61,250 nt of DNA from Clostridia bacterium (GTDB lineage: Bacteria > Bacillota > Clostridia > Christensenellales > DTU072), in NCBI GenBank assembly GCA_017461065.1, contig JAFTZC010000061.1, positions 1 through 61,250 of the forward strand, written 5' to 3'. A program made the translations under genes and the position numbers. Positions 1 to 10,489 of the stretch are shown piece after piece. A model generated the notes under the pieces. It did not search any database, had not been told where the DNA came from, and was given only the letters and a program-made list of their open reading frames with translations. Within the stretch, counting starts at the first letter, position 1. Each line of letters starts with the position of its first letter.

Positions 1-7
1 AACTTAA

Positions 8-1027
8 TTATTTGAGTTCGCTGAAGTACTTGATGGTTCTAACCATTTGGCTGGTGTAGCTGTTTTCGTTGTCGTACCAAGATACTACTTGAACTTGGCT
101 GTTGCCGTCTTCCATGTTCATAACCATGGTTTGGGTTGCATCGAAGATTGAACCATAGGTGCTGCCGATGATGTCGCTTGATACGATTTGGTCTTCGTTG
201 TAAGCGTAAGATTCGGTTGCAGCTGCCTTCATAGCTTCGTTGATGCCTTCCTTGGTTACGGTACCTTCAACTACTGCGATAAGGATAGTGGTTGAGCCGG
301 TAGGGGTGGGAACGCGTTGTGCTGAGCCAATGAGCTTGCCGTTGAGTTCTGGGATAACAAGACCGATAGCCTTAGCTGCGCCGGTGCTGTTAGGAACGAT
401 GTTAACTGCACATGCTCTTGAACGACGAAGGTCACCCTTTCTTTGAGGACCGTCAAGAGGCATTTGGTCGCCGGTGTATGCGTGAACGGTGGTCATGATA
501 CCGCTCTTGATGGGTGCGTAATCATTGAGAGCCTTAGCCATAGGTGCAAGACAGTTGGTGGTGCAAGATGCAGCACTGATGATGTTGTCTTCTGCGGTAA
601 GGGTGGTGTGGTTTACGTTGTAAACGATAGTGGGTAGGTCGTTGCCTGCTGGAGCAGAGATAACAACTTTACGAGCACCTGCATCGATGTGTGCTTGTGC
701 CTTTGCCTTAGAGGTATAGAAACCGGTGCATTCCAAAACTACGTCAACCTTGAGTTCGCCCCAGGGAAGTTCTGCAGCGTTTGCCTTTGCATAGATGGTG
801 ATTTCTTTGCCGTCTACGATGATGCTATTGTCGGTAGCTTCTACTTTGTGTGAGTTTGCGTAGTTGCCTTGGGTGCTGTCATACTTGAGAAGATGAGCAA
901 GCATTTTGGGGCTGGTGAGGTCGTTGATAGCTACAACTTCATAACCTTCTGCGCCAAACATTTGTCTGAAAGCCAAACGGCCGATTCTGCCGAAGCCATT
1001 GATAGCAACTCTTACGTTATTTGCCAT
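8..1027 (-). CDS. gap: type I glyceraldehyde-3-phosphate dehydrogenase
   Basis: 339-aa ORF; NAD-binding INGFGRIGR near N-terminus and catalytic SCTTNCL motif; GGAGG SD (plus-strand cctcc 1037-1041). Confidence 0.95.
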   Translation of the reverse strand: MANNVRVAINGFGRIGRLAFRQMFGAEGYEVVAINDLTSPKMLAHLLKYDSTQGNYANSHKVEATDNSIIVDGKEITIYAKANAAELPWGELKVDVVLECTGFYTSKAKAQAHIDAGARKVVISAPAGNDLPTIVYNVNHTTLTAEDNIISAASCTTNCLAPMAKALNDYAPIKSGIMTTVHAYTGDQMPLDGPQRKGDLRRSRACAVNIVPNSTGAAKAIGLVIPELNGKLIGSAQRVPTPTGSTTILIAVVEGTVTKEGINEAMKAAATESYAYNEDQIVSSDIIGSTYGSIFDATQTMVMNMEDGNSQVQVVSWYDNENSYTSQMVRTIKYFSELK

Positions 1028-1064
1028 ATTGAAAATCCTCCATAGAGTTTATTATTTATTTTGG

Positions 1065-1085
1065 TTATAGATATTATATCTATAA
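1065..1085. promoter_or_regulatory. perfect 10-bp inverted repeat (TTATAGATAT-t-ATATCTATAA) centred on the gap -10 box; possible operator
   Basis: Both arms read directly; overlaps the predicted -10. Confidence 0.4.
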
Positions 1086-1102
1086 ATAAAAGGTTTTTGC
1101 AA
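1073..1102 (-). promoter_or_regulatory. sigma-70-like promoter for gap (TTGCAA-18 nt-TATAAT on minus strand)
   Basis: Hexamers read directly: plus 1097-1102 ttgcaa, plus 1073-1078 attata (= TATAAT on minus). Confidence 0.45.
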
Positions 1103-1143
1103 CTGTTTTACAACGATTGCTCAAACCTTTTAAGTGTTTTTTG

Positions 1144-3549
1144 CTATTTTGCAACGATATTGATGATTTTGTCCTTAACGTATATTACTTTTATAACGTT
1201 TAGTCCGTTTAAAATGCCTTGCTCGTTTACTTTTGCCATTACGTCGTCTTGGCTTGCACCACGGCTAACGACAACTCTGCCCTTTAGTTTGCCCATTACT
1301 TGGACGGGGATTTCGATGGTGTCGTCGATGAGCTTAGCTGGGTCGTAGCTTGGCCACTTAGCTTGGTCAATCTTAGCGCCGTCGTTAATTAGCTCGTATA
1401 GTTCGCTGGTCATATGCGGTGCAAATGGGTAAAGAAGAATGGTCATCGTGTTGAGCTCCTTCTTTGAAACCTTGCCACGGCTTACTACGGTGTTGAGTGC
1501 GGTCATTATTTTTGCGATTGCGGTGTTGAACTTGCAAGCTTCGTAGTCGTCGCTTACCGTCTTTACGAGTACGTCGAGATTTAGGTCGGAAGTATCGCAG
1601 TTTTCAACGAGAATATCTTGTAGTGCCCAGAATCTTTGGTGGAAGCGGTTGCAACCCTTGATACCTTCAGCACTCCAAGGAGCGGGTTTTTCGTAGTCAC
1701 CGATAAACATAATGAACAAACGTAGGATATCAGCGCCGTATTGCTTTACTACATCGTCGGGGTTTACTACGTTGCCGCGTGACTTACTCATCTTTTCGCC
1801 GTCAGCGCCAAGGATAAGGCCTTGAGCCGATCTTCTAATATATGGTTCTTCGTGTTCAACTACGCCGATGTCGTATAGGAATTGGTTCCAGAAACGACTA
1901 TATATAAGGTGGCGCGTAACGTGTTCCATACCGCCGTTGTACCAGTCGACTTGACCCCAATACTTATGTGCGTCGGGATTTACTACGTGGCTGTCGTCGT
2001 TTGGACTTTGATAACGCAAGAAGTACCAGCTTGAACCTGCCCATTGTGGCATAGTGTCGGTTTCGCGCTTAGAAGGTGCACCACAGATAGGACAAGTGGT
2101 GTTAACCCAAGAGGTGCACTTGGTAAGTGGGCTGGTGCCGTCGTCGGTAGGGGTAAAGTCTTCGAGATCGGGGAGAGTTAGGGGGAGTTTGTTTTCGGGA
2201 ACAGCAACTTGACCGCAGTGTGGGCAGTTGATAATTGGAATAGGTTCGCCCCAATATCTTTGGCGGTTGAACGCCCAGTCCTTCATCTTGTAGTCGGTCT
2301 TAGCGTGACCAACGCCAAGCTCTTCCATTTTTTCTATCATCTTTTGGATAGCGGGCTTTACTTGTAGGCCGTTGATGAAGTCGCTGTTTACCATAACGCC
2401 TGCGCCTTCCTTTGCACAGTAGGGCTCGACTTGAACGTCAACGTCACTCTTGATAACCTCGATGATTGGGAGATTGTATTTTTTAGCAAAATCCCAGTCG
2501 CGCTTGTCGTGTGCAGGTACTGCCATAATAGCGCCGGTGCCGTAATCCATCATTACGTAGTCTGCAGTAAAGATTGGAATTTCGGCGCCCGTAATTGGGT
2601 TGATAGCAATCATACCTTCAACTTTGATGCCAGTCTTGTCCTTGTTGACTTGAACGCGGTCAAACTCTTTTTTGAGCTTAGCGGCATCTTGATATGCGCT
2701 TACTTCGTCAGCGTTTACGATAGCGTCTTTGTGGTTGCGGAGCAAGGGGTGTTCGGGGGATACTACCAAGAAGGTTGCACCAAAAATGGTGTCGGGACGG
2801 GTAGTGTAAACAACGAGCGGATACTCGGTTTGACCAAACTTAACCTTGAAGGTAACTTCGGCGCCTTGTGACTTGCCGATCCAGTTTTGTTGCTCTACCT
2901 TTATTCTTTCGGGGAAGTTAACCTTGTCGAGACCGCTAAGTAGTCTTTCAGCGTACTCACGGATTTTTAGGAACCATACGTCCTTTTCCTTTTGGACGAC
3001 TTCGGCGCCACAACGGTCGCAAAGTCCCCCTTGGCTTTCTTCGTTTGCAAGAACAACCTTACACTTGGGGCAGAAGTTTACGGTAGTGGTAGCCTTGTAA
3101 GCTAAGCCCTTTTTGAATAGTTGGATAAAAATCCATTGGGTCCACTTGTAGTAGTCGGGCTGAGTGGTATCGATGGTACGTGCCCAATCGAAGCTGTAAC
3201 CGACTTGCTTGAGTTGCTTTTCGAATTGCTTGATGTTCTTATCGGTAACGATGCGGGGGTGTTGCTTGGTTTGCATTGCATAGTTTTCGGTGGGTAGACC
3301 AAATGCGTCGTAACCGATAGGGAACAATACGTTGTAGCCTTCAAGACGCTTTTTGCGTGCAATAACTTCCATTGATGAAAAGGCTCTGATGTGACCTACG
3401 TGCAAACCTGCACCGCTTGGATAGGGGAACTCGATGAGTCCGTAGAACTTGGGCTTAGAAGTGTCTTCGTTGGTTTCAAAGACCTTTTCGCCATACCAAT
3501 AATCTTGCCATTTTTTTTCAACTTTGGAAAAATCGTATTTTTGTGCCAT
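1144..3549 (-). CDS. leuS: leucine--tRNA ligase
   Basis: 801-aa ORF; class I HIGH-type motif (HVGH) and KMSKS motif; editing-domain-sized insertion. Confidence 0.97.
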   Translation of the reverse strand: MAQKYDFSKVEKKWQDYWYGEKVFETNEDTSKPKFYGLIEFPYPSGAGLHVGHIRAFSSMEVIARKKRLEGYNVLFPIGYDAFGLPTENYAMQTKQHPRIVTDKNIKQFEKQLKQVGYSFDWARTIDTTQPDYYKWTQWIFIQLFKKGLAYKATTTVNFCPKCKVVLANEESQGGLCDRCGAEVVQKEKDVWFLKIREYAERLLSGLDKVNFPERIKVEQQNWIGKSQGAEVTFKVKFGQTEYPLVVYTTRPDTIFGATFLVVSPEHPLLRNHKDAIVNADEVSAYQDAAKLKKEFDRVQVNKDKTGIKVEGMIAINPITGAEIPIFTADYVMMDYGTGAIMAVPAHDKRDWDFAKKYNLPIIEVIKSDVDVQVEPYCAKEGAGVMVNSDFINGLQVKPAIQKMIEKMEELGVGHAKTDYKMKDWAFNRQRYWGEPIPIINCPHCGQVAVPENKLPLTLPDLEDFTPTDDGTSPLTKCTSWVNTTCPICGAPSKRETDTMPQWAGSSWYFLRYQSPNDDSHVVNPDAHKYWGQVDWYNGGMEHVTRHLIYSRFWNQFLYDIGVVEHEEPYIRRSAQGLILGADGEKMSKSRGNVVNPDDVVKQYGADILRLFIMFIGDYEKPAPWSAEGIKGCNRFHQRFWALQDILVENCDTSDLNLDVLVKTVSDDYEACKFNTAIAKIMTALNTVVSRGKVSKKELNTMTILLYPFAPHMTSELYELINDGAKIDQAKWPSYDPAKLIDDTIEIPVQVMGKLKGRVVVSRGASQDDVMAKVNEQGILNGLNVIKVIYVKDKIINIVAK

Positions 3550-3582
3550 AATTAACTTCCTAATTAAATTTTTTGCCTAAAT

Positions 3583-3611
3583 ATTATACAATAACCCATT
3601 TCACTTGGCAA
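3583..3611 (-). promoter_or_regulatory. sigma-70-like promoter for leuS (TTGCCA-17-TATAAT)
   Basis: plus 3606-3611 tggcaa and 3583-3588 attata; leaves only a ~30-nt leader, so no T-box. Confidence 0.5.
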
Positions 3612-3692
3612 GTATTTACCACGCATTTGGGTCATTATAATAAAAAAGCGCGTACGCATACGCGTCTTCACTAAATCAACACACTTTTTATA

Positions 3693-3722
3693 TTGCTTTT
3701 ATGCGCGCGGATGGTGTATAAT
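3693..3722 (+). promoter_or_regulatory. sigma-70-like promoter (TTGCTT-18-TATAAT) placing the start site on the ATG at 3729
   Basis: TATAAT 3717-3722, then 6 nt (ctacgt), then ATG 3729; no SD upstream. Confidence 0.4.
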
Positions 3723-3728
3723 CTACGT

Positions 3729-5231
3729 ATGGCTAAAATTCTAAACAGTAGAAATATTATGCTCGTCGTTGCCGCGATACTCGTTATCGTGCTTTTGGTT
3801 GCAACCATTTTGGTGAGCATTAAGCCTAAAACCGACTATAAAGGCGTACTTGACTATGATAAAGTGGTCAAGACCGATTCGGTTATATATAGTTTAGAAA
3901 CGGAGAACACTTTCAAAGCCCACGTAAGCAAGTTTTTGGAAAATATGCTCGCGTCCTTCTTCGACTCGATGGAAGGATTTGAAGGAGCAAGGCCTACCAT
4001 CAAGAATTCTTCGGCAATTTCGACGCCGATTCTAACTATTTTTTCCAAGTCCGCCATTCCGTCGGATAAGCTTTTGAATTTCGGCGAGTATCTAAGGAAT
4101 ATGAACACCGATGACGCCGTGATGGATATATGGCTATTCTTCATTAAGCCCGTTGAAAATCCCGACGGCACGGTGAACGGTCGTTTTGCAACCAACGCCG
4201 AGCTTGCCGAGATGCTACTTGGCGAAGTGGATTTCGGCTACGCGATAACCGACGTTGTTGAGAATACCGCTTTGACGGCAGAAGAAGTAGGCAGGGTGTT
4301 ATACGAGCTTATCTACGTGCTTGGGGACGAAGAACAACAAGCACTGCTTGGTAGCGTAGGTCGCGGTAGCTTCGTAAACCTATTTGTAGCAACCACCACT
4401 ATTTACGAAGGATATTTGGAGTTTAGCCTTTCGGGCGGTACGCTTTCGGAAGCGCGCGTACTCGGAGAACTTGCATTTGAAATGGGCGCAGAGCTTGATG
4501 CGCTCATAGATGAAGTGGGCGTACCCACCATACTCGGTGCGCTCTATCTAAATTCCAATACGGCGGTTGATAACAGCGCGCTCAAGAAGTTTTTAACCCA
4601 ATCGGGTGTAGATACGTCGACCCTTGCCGACGTTGACGAAGTCAACACTGCGCTTAGGGCGGGCATCAATTTATCGGAATTTTCACTTTACTTTTTGCGT
4701 ACTGCGCTAATGGAAATGGGCAATCAACCCTTTGAGAGCTTGTCTATTTATTACTCCGGCGAAAAGGAAAACGCGAGAGACTATCTATATATGTACCACG
4801 TAAGCCTTGCAAGGGCGGTTGCAAAGGGTATCGACTCGGCTCTTAGCAGCGGTACGATTATCAAAGACAAAGATAGTTTGATTCAAGGTCTTGCAAACTT
4901 CAAGTTGACCGCCGAAGAGGTTGCAGGGGATATCGCAAATCCTGACGCACGTAAGAGCGAGCTACGCGAGTACTTTGCAAGCTATCTTGATGCGCTTGAA
5001 AGTTTAAACAGCGGTTTTAGCAGTGTGGAAAGCGTCGAAGACATCGCACTTCTTAGCGCAAGTGACTATCAAAAGCTCCAAGAGCTTTCTGCCTTTATGG
5101 TAGATTTCAACTACAACGAACTAACCGTAGGTACGGACGAGCTACTAAGTACGCTATGTATCAATGTAGCTTTCAACGTATTCAGCGATATAGCCAACGA
5201 AGCGCTCGGCAACGTGAACGCTATGGCATAG
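3729..5231 (+). CDS. hypothetical membrane-anchored, predicted all-helical extracytoplasmic protein (first gene of an ABC transporter operon)
   Basis: Track ORF 3693-5231 trimmed to ATG 3729 (MAKILNSRNIMLVVAAILVIVLLVATILV = single N-terminal TM helix). No recognisable catalytic motif. Its stop overlaps the SD of the next gene. Confidence 0.6.
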   Translation: MAKILNSRNIMLVVAAILVIVLLVATILVSIKPKTDYKGVLDYDKVVKTDSVIYSLETENTFKAHVSKFLENMLASFFDSMEGFEGARPTIKNSSAISTPILTIFSKSAIPSDKLLNFGEYLRNMNTDDAVMDIWLFFIKPVENPDGTVNGRFATNAELAEMLLGEVDFGYAITDVVENTALTAEEVGRVLYELIYVLGDEEQQALLGSVGRGSFVNLFVATTTIYEGYLEFSLSGGTLSEARVLGELAFEMGAELDALIDEVGVPTILGALYLNSNTAVDNSALKKFLTQSGVDTSTLADVDEVNTALRAGINLSEFSLYFLRTALMEMGNQPFESLSIYYSGEKENARDYLYMYHVSLARAVAKGIDSALSSGTIIKDKDSLIQGLANFKLTAEEVAGDIANPDARKSELREYFASYLDALESLNSGFSSVESVEDIALLSASDYQKLQELSAFMVDFNYNELTVGTDELLSTLCINVAFNVFSDIANEALGNVNAMA

Positions 5232-5240
5232 GAGAAAGAT

Positions 5241-5966
5241 ATGGCAGTTTTAAAATGCGAAAACCTATCTAAAAAATTTGGAGAGCATTTGGTGCTTGAC
5301 GACGTTTCCCTTGAAATTCAAAAGGGTAGCTTCGTATCAATCGTAGGCGCATCGGGTAGCGGCAAGAGTACGCTGCTTACCATTCTCGGCGGCATAGATA
5401 AACCTACGTCTGGCAGAGTTATGCTTGACGACAAAGAAATTTCATCTATGACCGAAAAGGAACTTGCCAATTTAAGAAGGACTAAGCTTGGATTTGTATT
5501 CCAATTCTTTAACCTTGCTCCATACCTAACTGCCGAAGAAAACGTACTGCTTCCCATAATGCTAAGTGGCAAGATTACCGACGAGCATCGCGCACGCGCA
5601 AAGGAGCTTATGGAGTATCTCGGCATAGCTGAGCTCAAGGATAAATTACCATCCAAAATGAGTGGTGGCGAGCAACAACGTATAGCAATTGCAAGGGGAC
5701 TCATCATCAATCCCGAAGTGATACTTCTCGACGAGCCTACGGGTAACCTTGATAGCAAAAACTCCGAAGAAATAATGAACCTTCTAAAGAGAATCAACGA
5801 CGAGTTCAACACTACGATTGTTCAAGTTACGCACTCCGACCATAATGCAAGGTTTGCAAACGTAATCATCACCATAAAGGACGGCAAAATCGTAGATATA
5901 ACGGGCGATACGATGGTAGAAAGCAACCAAGAAGTCGTATTAGAAAACGAAATAGAAAAGGCATAG
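5241..5966 (+). CDS. ABC transporter ATP-binding protein (MacB/LolD/FtsE-like)
   Basis: Walker A GASGSGKST, signature SGGEQQR, Walker B ILLDEPT. Confidence 0.92.
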   Translation: MAVLKCENLSKKFGEHLVLDDVSLEIQKGSFVSIVGASGSGKSTLLTILGGIDKPTSGRVMLDDKEISSMTEKELANLRRTKLGFVFQFFNLAPYLTAEENVLLPIMLSGKITDEHRARAKELMEYLGIAELKDKLPSKMSGGEQQRIAIARGLIINPEVILLDEPTGNLDSKNSEEIMNLLKRINDEFNTTIVQVTHSDHNARFANVIITIKDGKIVDITGDTMVESNQEVVLENEIEKA

Positions 5967-5984
5967 TAAAGAACTAAAGGTAAT

Positions 5985-8516
5985 ATGAAGGCATTTATAA
6001 GGCACATCTTAAGAAGCGCGGAATCCGAAAAGGGGCAGGTAGCAGTAATTATTATAACTATTGCTATAGTTACTGCTATGGTTTTCGTTGCGTTCAGTAT
6101 GTACGACGTGTTCTTTAACCTTAATATGGCCGAGTACGATAGAGTTGCCGAAGGTGCCGATATGCTACTTGGTGACAATTTTGGCGGCGGCGGAGTATTC
6201 TCCAAGGCAAGGCTTGACCGTGTGCTTAACGCACAGCCGGAGGGCGAAATAAAGGATATAACCTATTTTGCAAAGACGCCGTCCATTCTTAAAACCAAGA
6301 CGGAAAGCAAGTCGGTTTTGGTTGAAGCTACCGACCTTGAAGAATATATTGGTAACCACCAAATAAAATACGTGGAAATCTTTGACGAGAATACTCCATC
6401 CCCCGATATTCCATATTTAGAATCGGCAGGATATAGCTCGGTAATAGTGGGCGAAAACTTTGCTTTGGAAAGCAATATTAAAGCAGGGGATATGGTAGAA
6501 GTTTATTTGCCCACCTACGGTATGTATACTACCTTGATAGTAAGAGCCGTTGCTCTCAACGAAGGAATATTCGGCTCGACCGCCGATATGAATATACTCG
6601 TTGACTTTGAAGCTATAGGCAATCAAGGACAAATAAACGCCGTATATATCAACTTTACCGACGACGCTTATTTTGAAAAATACGAAGAACTTTTTGCTAC
6701 CTACTTCCCAGCCGTCGAGTGCGGCGAAGGTAATGGTTACAGCGAAGTCGTTAGCATCGTAACCAACAATACGCTATTGTTCTCAATAGCCCTAATCTTC
6801 CTTATCGCAACGTTGATGCTCATACTCTTTACCGCATACCTCATCGTATCAAGAAACCGTATGAGCGAAATGATAATCTTTAAATCCGCAGGCGCAACGC
6901 CAATGCAAGTTGCCTTCATTATGCTTAGTGAAGTGCTGTTCTATTCGCTCGTAGGCGGAGCCGTAGGATTGATGCTCGGTAGGATAGCAATGGGCGTGGT
7001 TTCTACGTCACTTTTACCTATGGCACCCCACGCCGTAACCTACCCCGTATGGAAGTTTATAGTTTCATACGTTATTTCAATTGTGGTATCCGTTCTTTCG
7101 ACGTTGGTTCCCATAATTCAGGTAAGCAAGAAAACCGTTAGAGAACTTTCGAGCAACGGATTTAAGGTTTCAAAGGCGGTAAAGCCACTCACTTTAATCA
7201 TATCAAGCATCATAGTCGTAGGTATATCGATAGCTTATGCTTTCCTAAGCGGAATTGCACTTTTAGTTATGTCGGTTGCGCTTATCATTGCCATTGCTTT
7301 TTGGATTTATTGTGCAATACACTTCGTCACAAAGCTTATCGGTACGCTCGTTAAAAAGATATCCAAGGGTGGAGCAACTTATATTGCAGGTATAAGCGTA
7401 ACTCGCTCGAGCGCAATGCAGACGGTCACCACCTTGATAGCCGTCGTAATAGCGTTCTCATTCCTAATCACTCAAGTGGTGGGCATCGTAAAGGACGCAA
7501 CCATTCCTTTCCGTGAAAGATACTCCGCCGACTACGTGGTGCTATCCCAATCCGGCGTGGAAATTGCCGACTTCGATACCATAAAGGGTACGGCTCTTGA
7601 AATAGACTCCATTGACGGAGCAGGTTGGTTTAGTACCGTCGACTACTATCTCCCCGACGGCGAAAACGACTTTACCGTATACGGCGTAAACGACTATTGG
7701 ACGCTTGAGCATTGCACTACCGGTTTGGATAGCGAAGTAAAGAGCCGTTGGCAAAATACAGATAATCCCATAGTGCTAAATCAAAATATCGTAATGATGC
7801 TTGACGTTGAAATAGGGGACGAAGTTACCTTTAGCCCCGTTCACGAAGACTTTAAGAGCGAAAAGCATACCTTTACGCTTGTAGGTATTGATAAGAGCAT
7901 ATCCCAGTGGGATATGGTAGCCTACTGCAACCACAGCTTTACCTACCGAATGACCAACCGCGCCAACTTCTTGATAACTGCCGACGGCACTCAAACGGCG
8001 GACACTTTCGTTGAGCTTCGTGATGCAATAGAAGGATTGGAATTGCCTTCGACCTTTGCGCTTACCTACGACGAATGGGCGTACGCCGAGCAAGAAAGTT
8101 TCCAAGGCGTAGGTCCGCTTATGACGTTACTGCAAGTTTTGGTATGGCTCATTTCGCTAATGGGCGTTGCTAACATCGCTATCGTTACCGTTTACGATAG
8201 GCGCGCAGAGTACAGGCTATACAAGCTGTCGGGTATGTCGAGTAGCGACTATATCAAATTCTCCTTTGGCGAAGGTGTCGTATCCGGCCTTTCGGGCGGT
8301 ATTTTGGGATTTATAGCAGGTTACGCTGTAAATATGCTCGTGCCCAGTCTCGGCTCTATCATCCAAAGATACAAGGGCTTTGCGATTATGCCGCTCGAGC
8401 TCGTAATAACCTTCCTAATCGGAGTGGGCGCATTCCTTTTGCTATGGATGCTAATTGCTCTCGTCAATAGGAAAAACACCATCAAATCTATAAACGAGCG
8501 TAATCTTAACACTTAG
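5985..8516 (+). CDS. ABC transporter permease, tandem FtsX/MacB-type domains with two large extracytoplasmic domains
   Basis: 843 aa; N-terminal TM, ~220-aa soluble domain, TM cluster, second soluble domain, C-terminal TM cluster. Confidence 0.85.
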   Translation: MKAFIRHILRSAESEKGQVAVIIITIAIVTAMVFVAFSMYDVFFNLNMAEYDRVAEGADMLLGDNFGGGGVFSKARLDRVLNAQPEGEIKDITYFAKTPSILKTKTESKSVLVEATDLEEYIGNHQIKYVEIFDENTPSPDIPYLESAGYSSVIVGENFALESNIKAGDMVEVYLPTYGMYTTLIVRAVALNEGIFGSTADMNILVDFEAIGNQGQINAVYINFTDDAYFEKYEELFATYFPAVECGEGNGYSEVVSIVTNNTLLFSIALIFLIATLMLILFTAYLIVSRNRMSEMIIFKSAGATPMQVAFIMLSEVLFYSLVGGAVGLMLGRIAMGVVSTSLLPMAPHAVTYPVWKFIVSYVISIVVSVLSTLVPIIQVSKKTVRELSSNGFKVSKAVKPLTLIISSIIVVGISIAYAFLSGIALLVMSVALIIAIAFWIYCAIHFVTKLIGTLVKKISKGGATYIAGISVTRSSAMQTVTTLIAVVIAFSFLITQVVGIVKDATIPFRERYSADYVVLSQSGVEIADFDTIKGTALEIDSIDGAGWFSTVDYYLPDGENDFTVYGVNDYWTLEHCTTGLDSEVKSRWQNTDNPIVLNQNIVMMLDVEIGDEVTFSPVHEDFKSEKHTFTLVGIDKSISQWDMVAYCNHSFTYRMTNRANFLITADGTQTADTFVELRDAIEGLELPSTFALTYDEWAYAEQESFQGVGPLMTLLQVLVWLISLMGVANIAIVTVYDRRAEYRLYKLSGMSSSDYIKFSFGEGVVSGLSGGILGFIAGYAVNMLVPSLGSIIQRYKGFAIMPLELVITFLIGVGAFLLLWMLIALVNRKNTIKSINERNLNT

Positions 8517-8623
8517 CGCGCACGCATTTATAGTATAAATTTAAAGTAATTTATCTTAATTTCTTGCACGCGCAAGGATTATGTGGTAAACTTTTCAAAT
8601 AATATCCTTAAAAGAGGTTTTTT

Positions 8624-9862
8624 ATGTCAAGAAATGTAATGGACGTTTTAAGAGAGAGAGGTTTTATTAAGCAAACAGTTTTCGAAGATGATCTATACGA
8701 GCTTCTTGGAAAACAAAGCGTACCTTTCTACGTTGGTTTTGACCCAACTGCAGATAGCCTACACGTAGGTCACTTTTTGGTACTTATGGCTATGAGCCAT
8801 ATGCAAAAAGCAGGTCATAAGCCCATCGTACTTCTCGGTGGCGGCACCGCTATGGTCGGCGACCCATCAGGTAGAACGGATATGCGTTCTATGATGACCA
8901 AGGAAAATATCAAGCATAACGTTGATTGCTTCCGCAAGCAAATGTCACGTTTCTTCACCTTTGAGGGTGAAAACGCTGCGATTATGGTTGATAACGGCGA
9001 TTGGCTACTCAACCTTAACTACATAGACTTTTTGCGTGAAGTAGGCGCACACTTCTCAGTTAACAGAATGCTTACCGCAGATTGCTATCGTCAAAGAATG
9101 GAAAAGGGCCTAACCTTCCTTGAGTTTAACTATATGCTTATGCAAGCATACGACTTTTTGGTACTATTCAAAAAGTACGGTGCCGTTTTAGAGTGTGGCG
9201 GTGACGACCAATGGTCCAATATGCTCGCCGGTGCAGACCTTATCAGAAGAAAGGAAGGTGCACCTGCATACGCTATGACTTTCTCACTACTTCTTACTTC
9301 CGAAGGTAAGAAGATGGGCAAGACTATGAAGGGCGCATTGTGGCTTGACGAAAACAAGACCACTCCTTACGAATTCTATCAATATTGGCGTAACGTTGAC
9401 GACAACGACGTCGAAAAATGCTTGGGCTTCCTAACCTATATCCCAATGGACGAAGTAAAAGCACTTTGCAGCTGCTATACCGTAGACGAAAACGGCGTTA
9501 AGCACTTTGACGGCAAGATTAACGAAGCAAAAGTACGTCTTGCTTATGAAGTAACCAAAATCGTTCACGGCGAAGAAAAGGCAAAGCTTGCCGACGCACA
9601 AGCAAAGGGTGCATTCGGCGGTGGCGGTGAAATGCCCGAAGCCGATATGCCGGATGGCGTAACCAAGGTTGCAGATTTACTCGTAGCACTAAAGCTTGCA
9701 GGTAGCAAGGGCGAAGCTAAACGCCTAATCGAAGGTGGCGGCATCCGTATCAACGATACCAAGGTGGTAGGCTTTGATGCAGCTATCCCCGAAGAAGCTC
9801 TCAAGGAAGGCTTCATCATCCACAAGGGCAAGAAGCAACACATCAAGGTTATCGTAAAATAA
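8624..9862 (+). CDS. tyrS: tyrosine--tRNA ligase
   Basis: 412 aa; HVGH and KMGKT motifs; C-terminal S4-like domain. Confidence 0.95.
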   Translation: MSRNVMDVLRERGFIKQTVFEDDLYELLGKQSVPFYVGFDPTADSLHVGHFLVLMAMSHMQKAGHKPIVLLGGGTAMVGDPSGRTDMRSMMTKENIKHNVDCFRKQMSRFFTFEGENAAIMVDNGDWLLNLNYIDFLREVGAHFSVNRMLTADCYRQRMEKGLTFLEFNYMLMQAYDFLVLFKKYGAVLECGGDDQWSNMLAGADLIRRKEGAPAYAMTFSLLLTSEGKKMGKTMKGALWLDENKTTPYEFYQYWRNVDDNDVEKCLGFLTYIPMDEVKALCSCYTVDENGVKHFDGKINEAKVRLAYEVTKIVHGEEKAKLADAQAKGAFGGGGEMPEADMPDGVTKVADLLVALKLAGSKGEAKRLIEGGGIRINDTKVVGFDAAIPEEALKEGFIIHKGKKQHIKVIVK

Positions 9863-10485
9863 TGCAATACGCTACCATCTCTAAGCCTTTAGAAGTGACG
9901 ACGGAAGTATGCAAATCCAAGTTTATTTGCAAACTTCAGCCTATTGAAAGTCTCGACGAAGGTTTGGAATTCGTAGCAAAAATAAAAAAGGAGTACTCCG
10001 ATGCAAGGCACAACTGCTATGCGATAATCGGCACTCCGGAGAGCAACGAAATGAAGTATAGCGACGACGGCGAGCCGTCGGGCACCGCCGGTCAACCTAT
10101 GATGACGGCGCTCCAAAAGAACGGTTTATACGGAGTTGCTTGCGTGGTAACAAGATATTTTGGCGGCATAAAGCTTGGCGCAGGTAGGCTTGCACAAACC
10201 TATCTCAAAAGCGTGGTCGACACCATAAACGCCGCTGAAATCATTGATAAAAAGCTATCGTCAGTCGTTTCAGTTACACTTACTTACGGCAAATACAAAT
10301 TATTTAACAATCTATTTTCGGCAATAGAACATATCGTTTTAGACACCGAATATAGCCAAAACGTAACTATTACGTTTGCTACCCCCATTCAAAACGAAGG
10401 GGTGGTATTAGAAAAAATAACCGAGCTCACACAGGGTAGAACCCCGTTAGTTCAATCAAAAAAATATCTAACTTATAAGAGGTAG
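9862..10485 (+). CDS. YigZ/IMPACT-family protein
   Basis: 207 aa; NCYAIIG...DDGEPSGTAGQPM motif typical of the UPF0029/IMPACT N-terminal domain; TAATG overlap with tyrS stop. Confidence 0.8.
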   Translation: MQYATISKPLEVTTEVCKSKFICKLQPIESLDEGLEFVAKIKKEYSDARHNCYAIIGTPESNEMKYSDDGEPSGTAGQPMMTALQKNGLYGVACVVTRYFGGIKLGAGRLAQTYLKSVVDTINAAEIIDKKLSSVVSVTLTYGKYKLFNNLFSAIEHIVLDTEYSQNVTITFATPIQNEGVVLEKITELTQGRTPLVQSKKYLTYKR

Positions 10486-10489
10486 AGTT

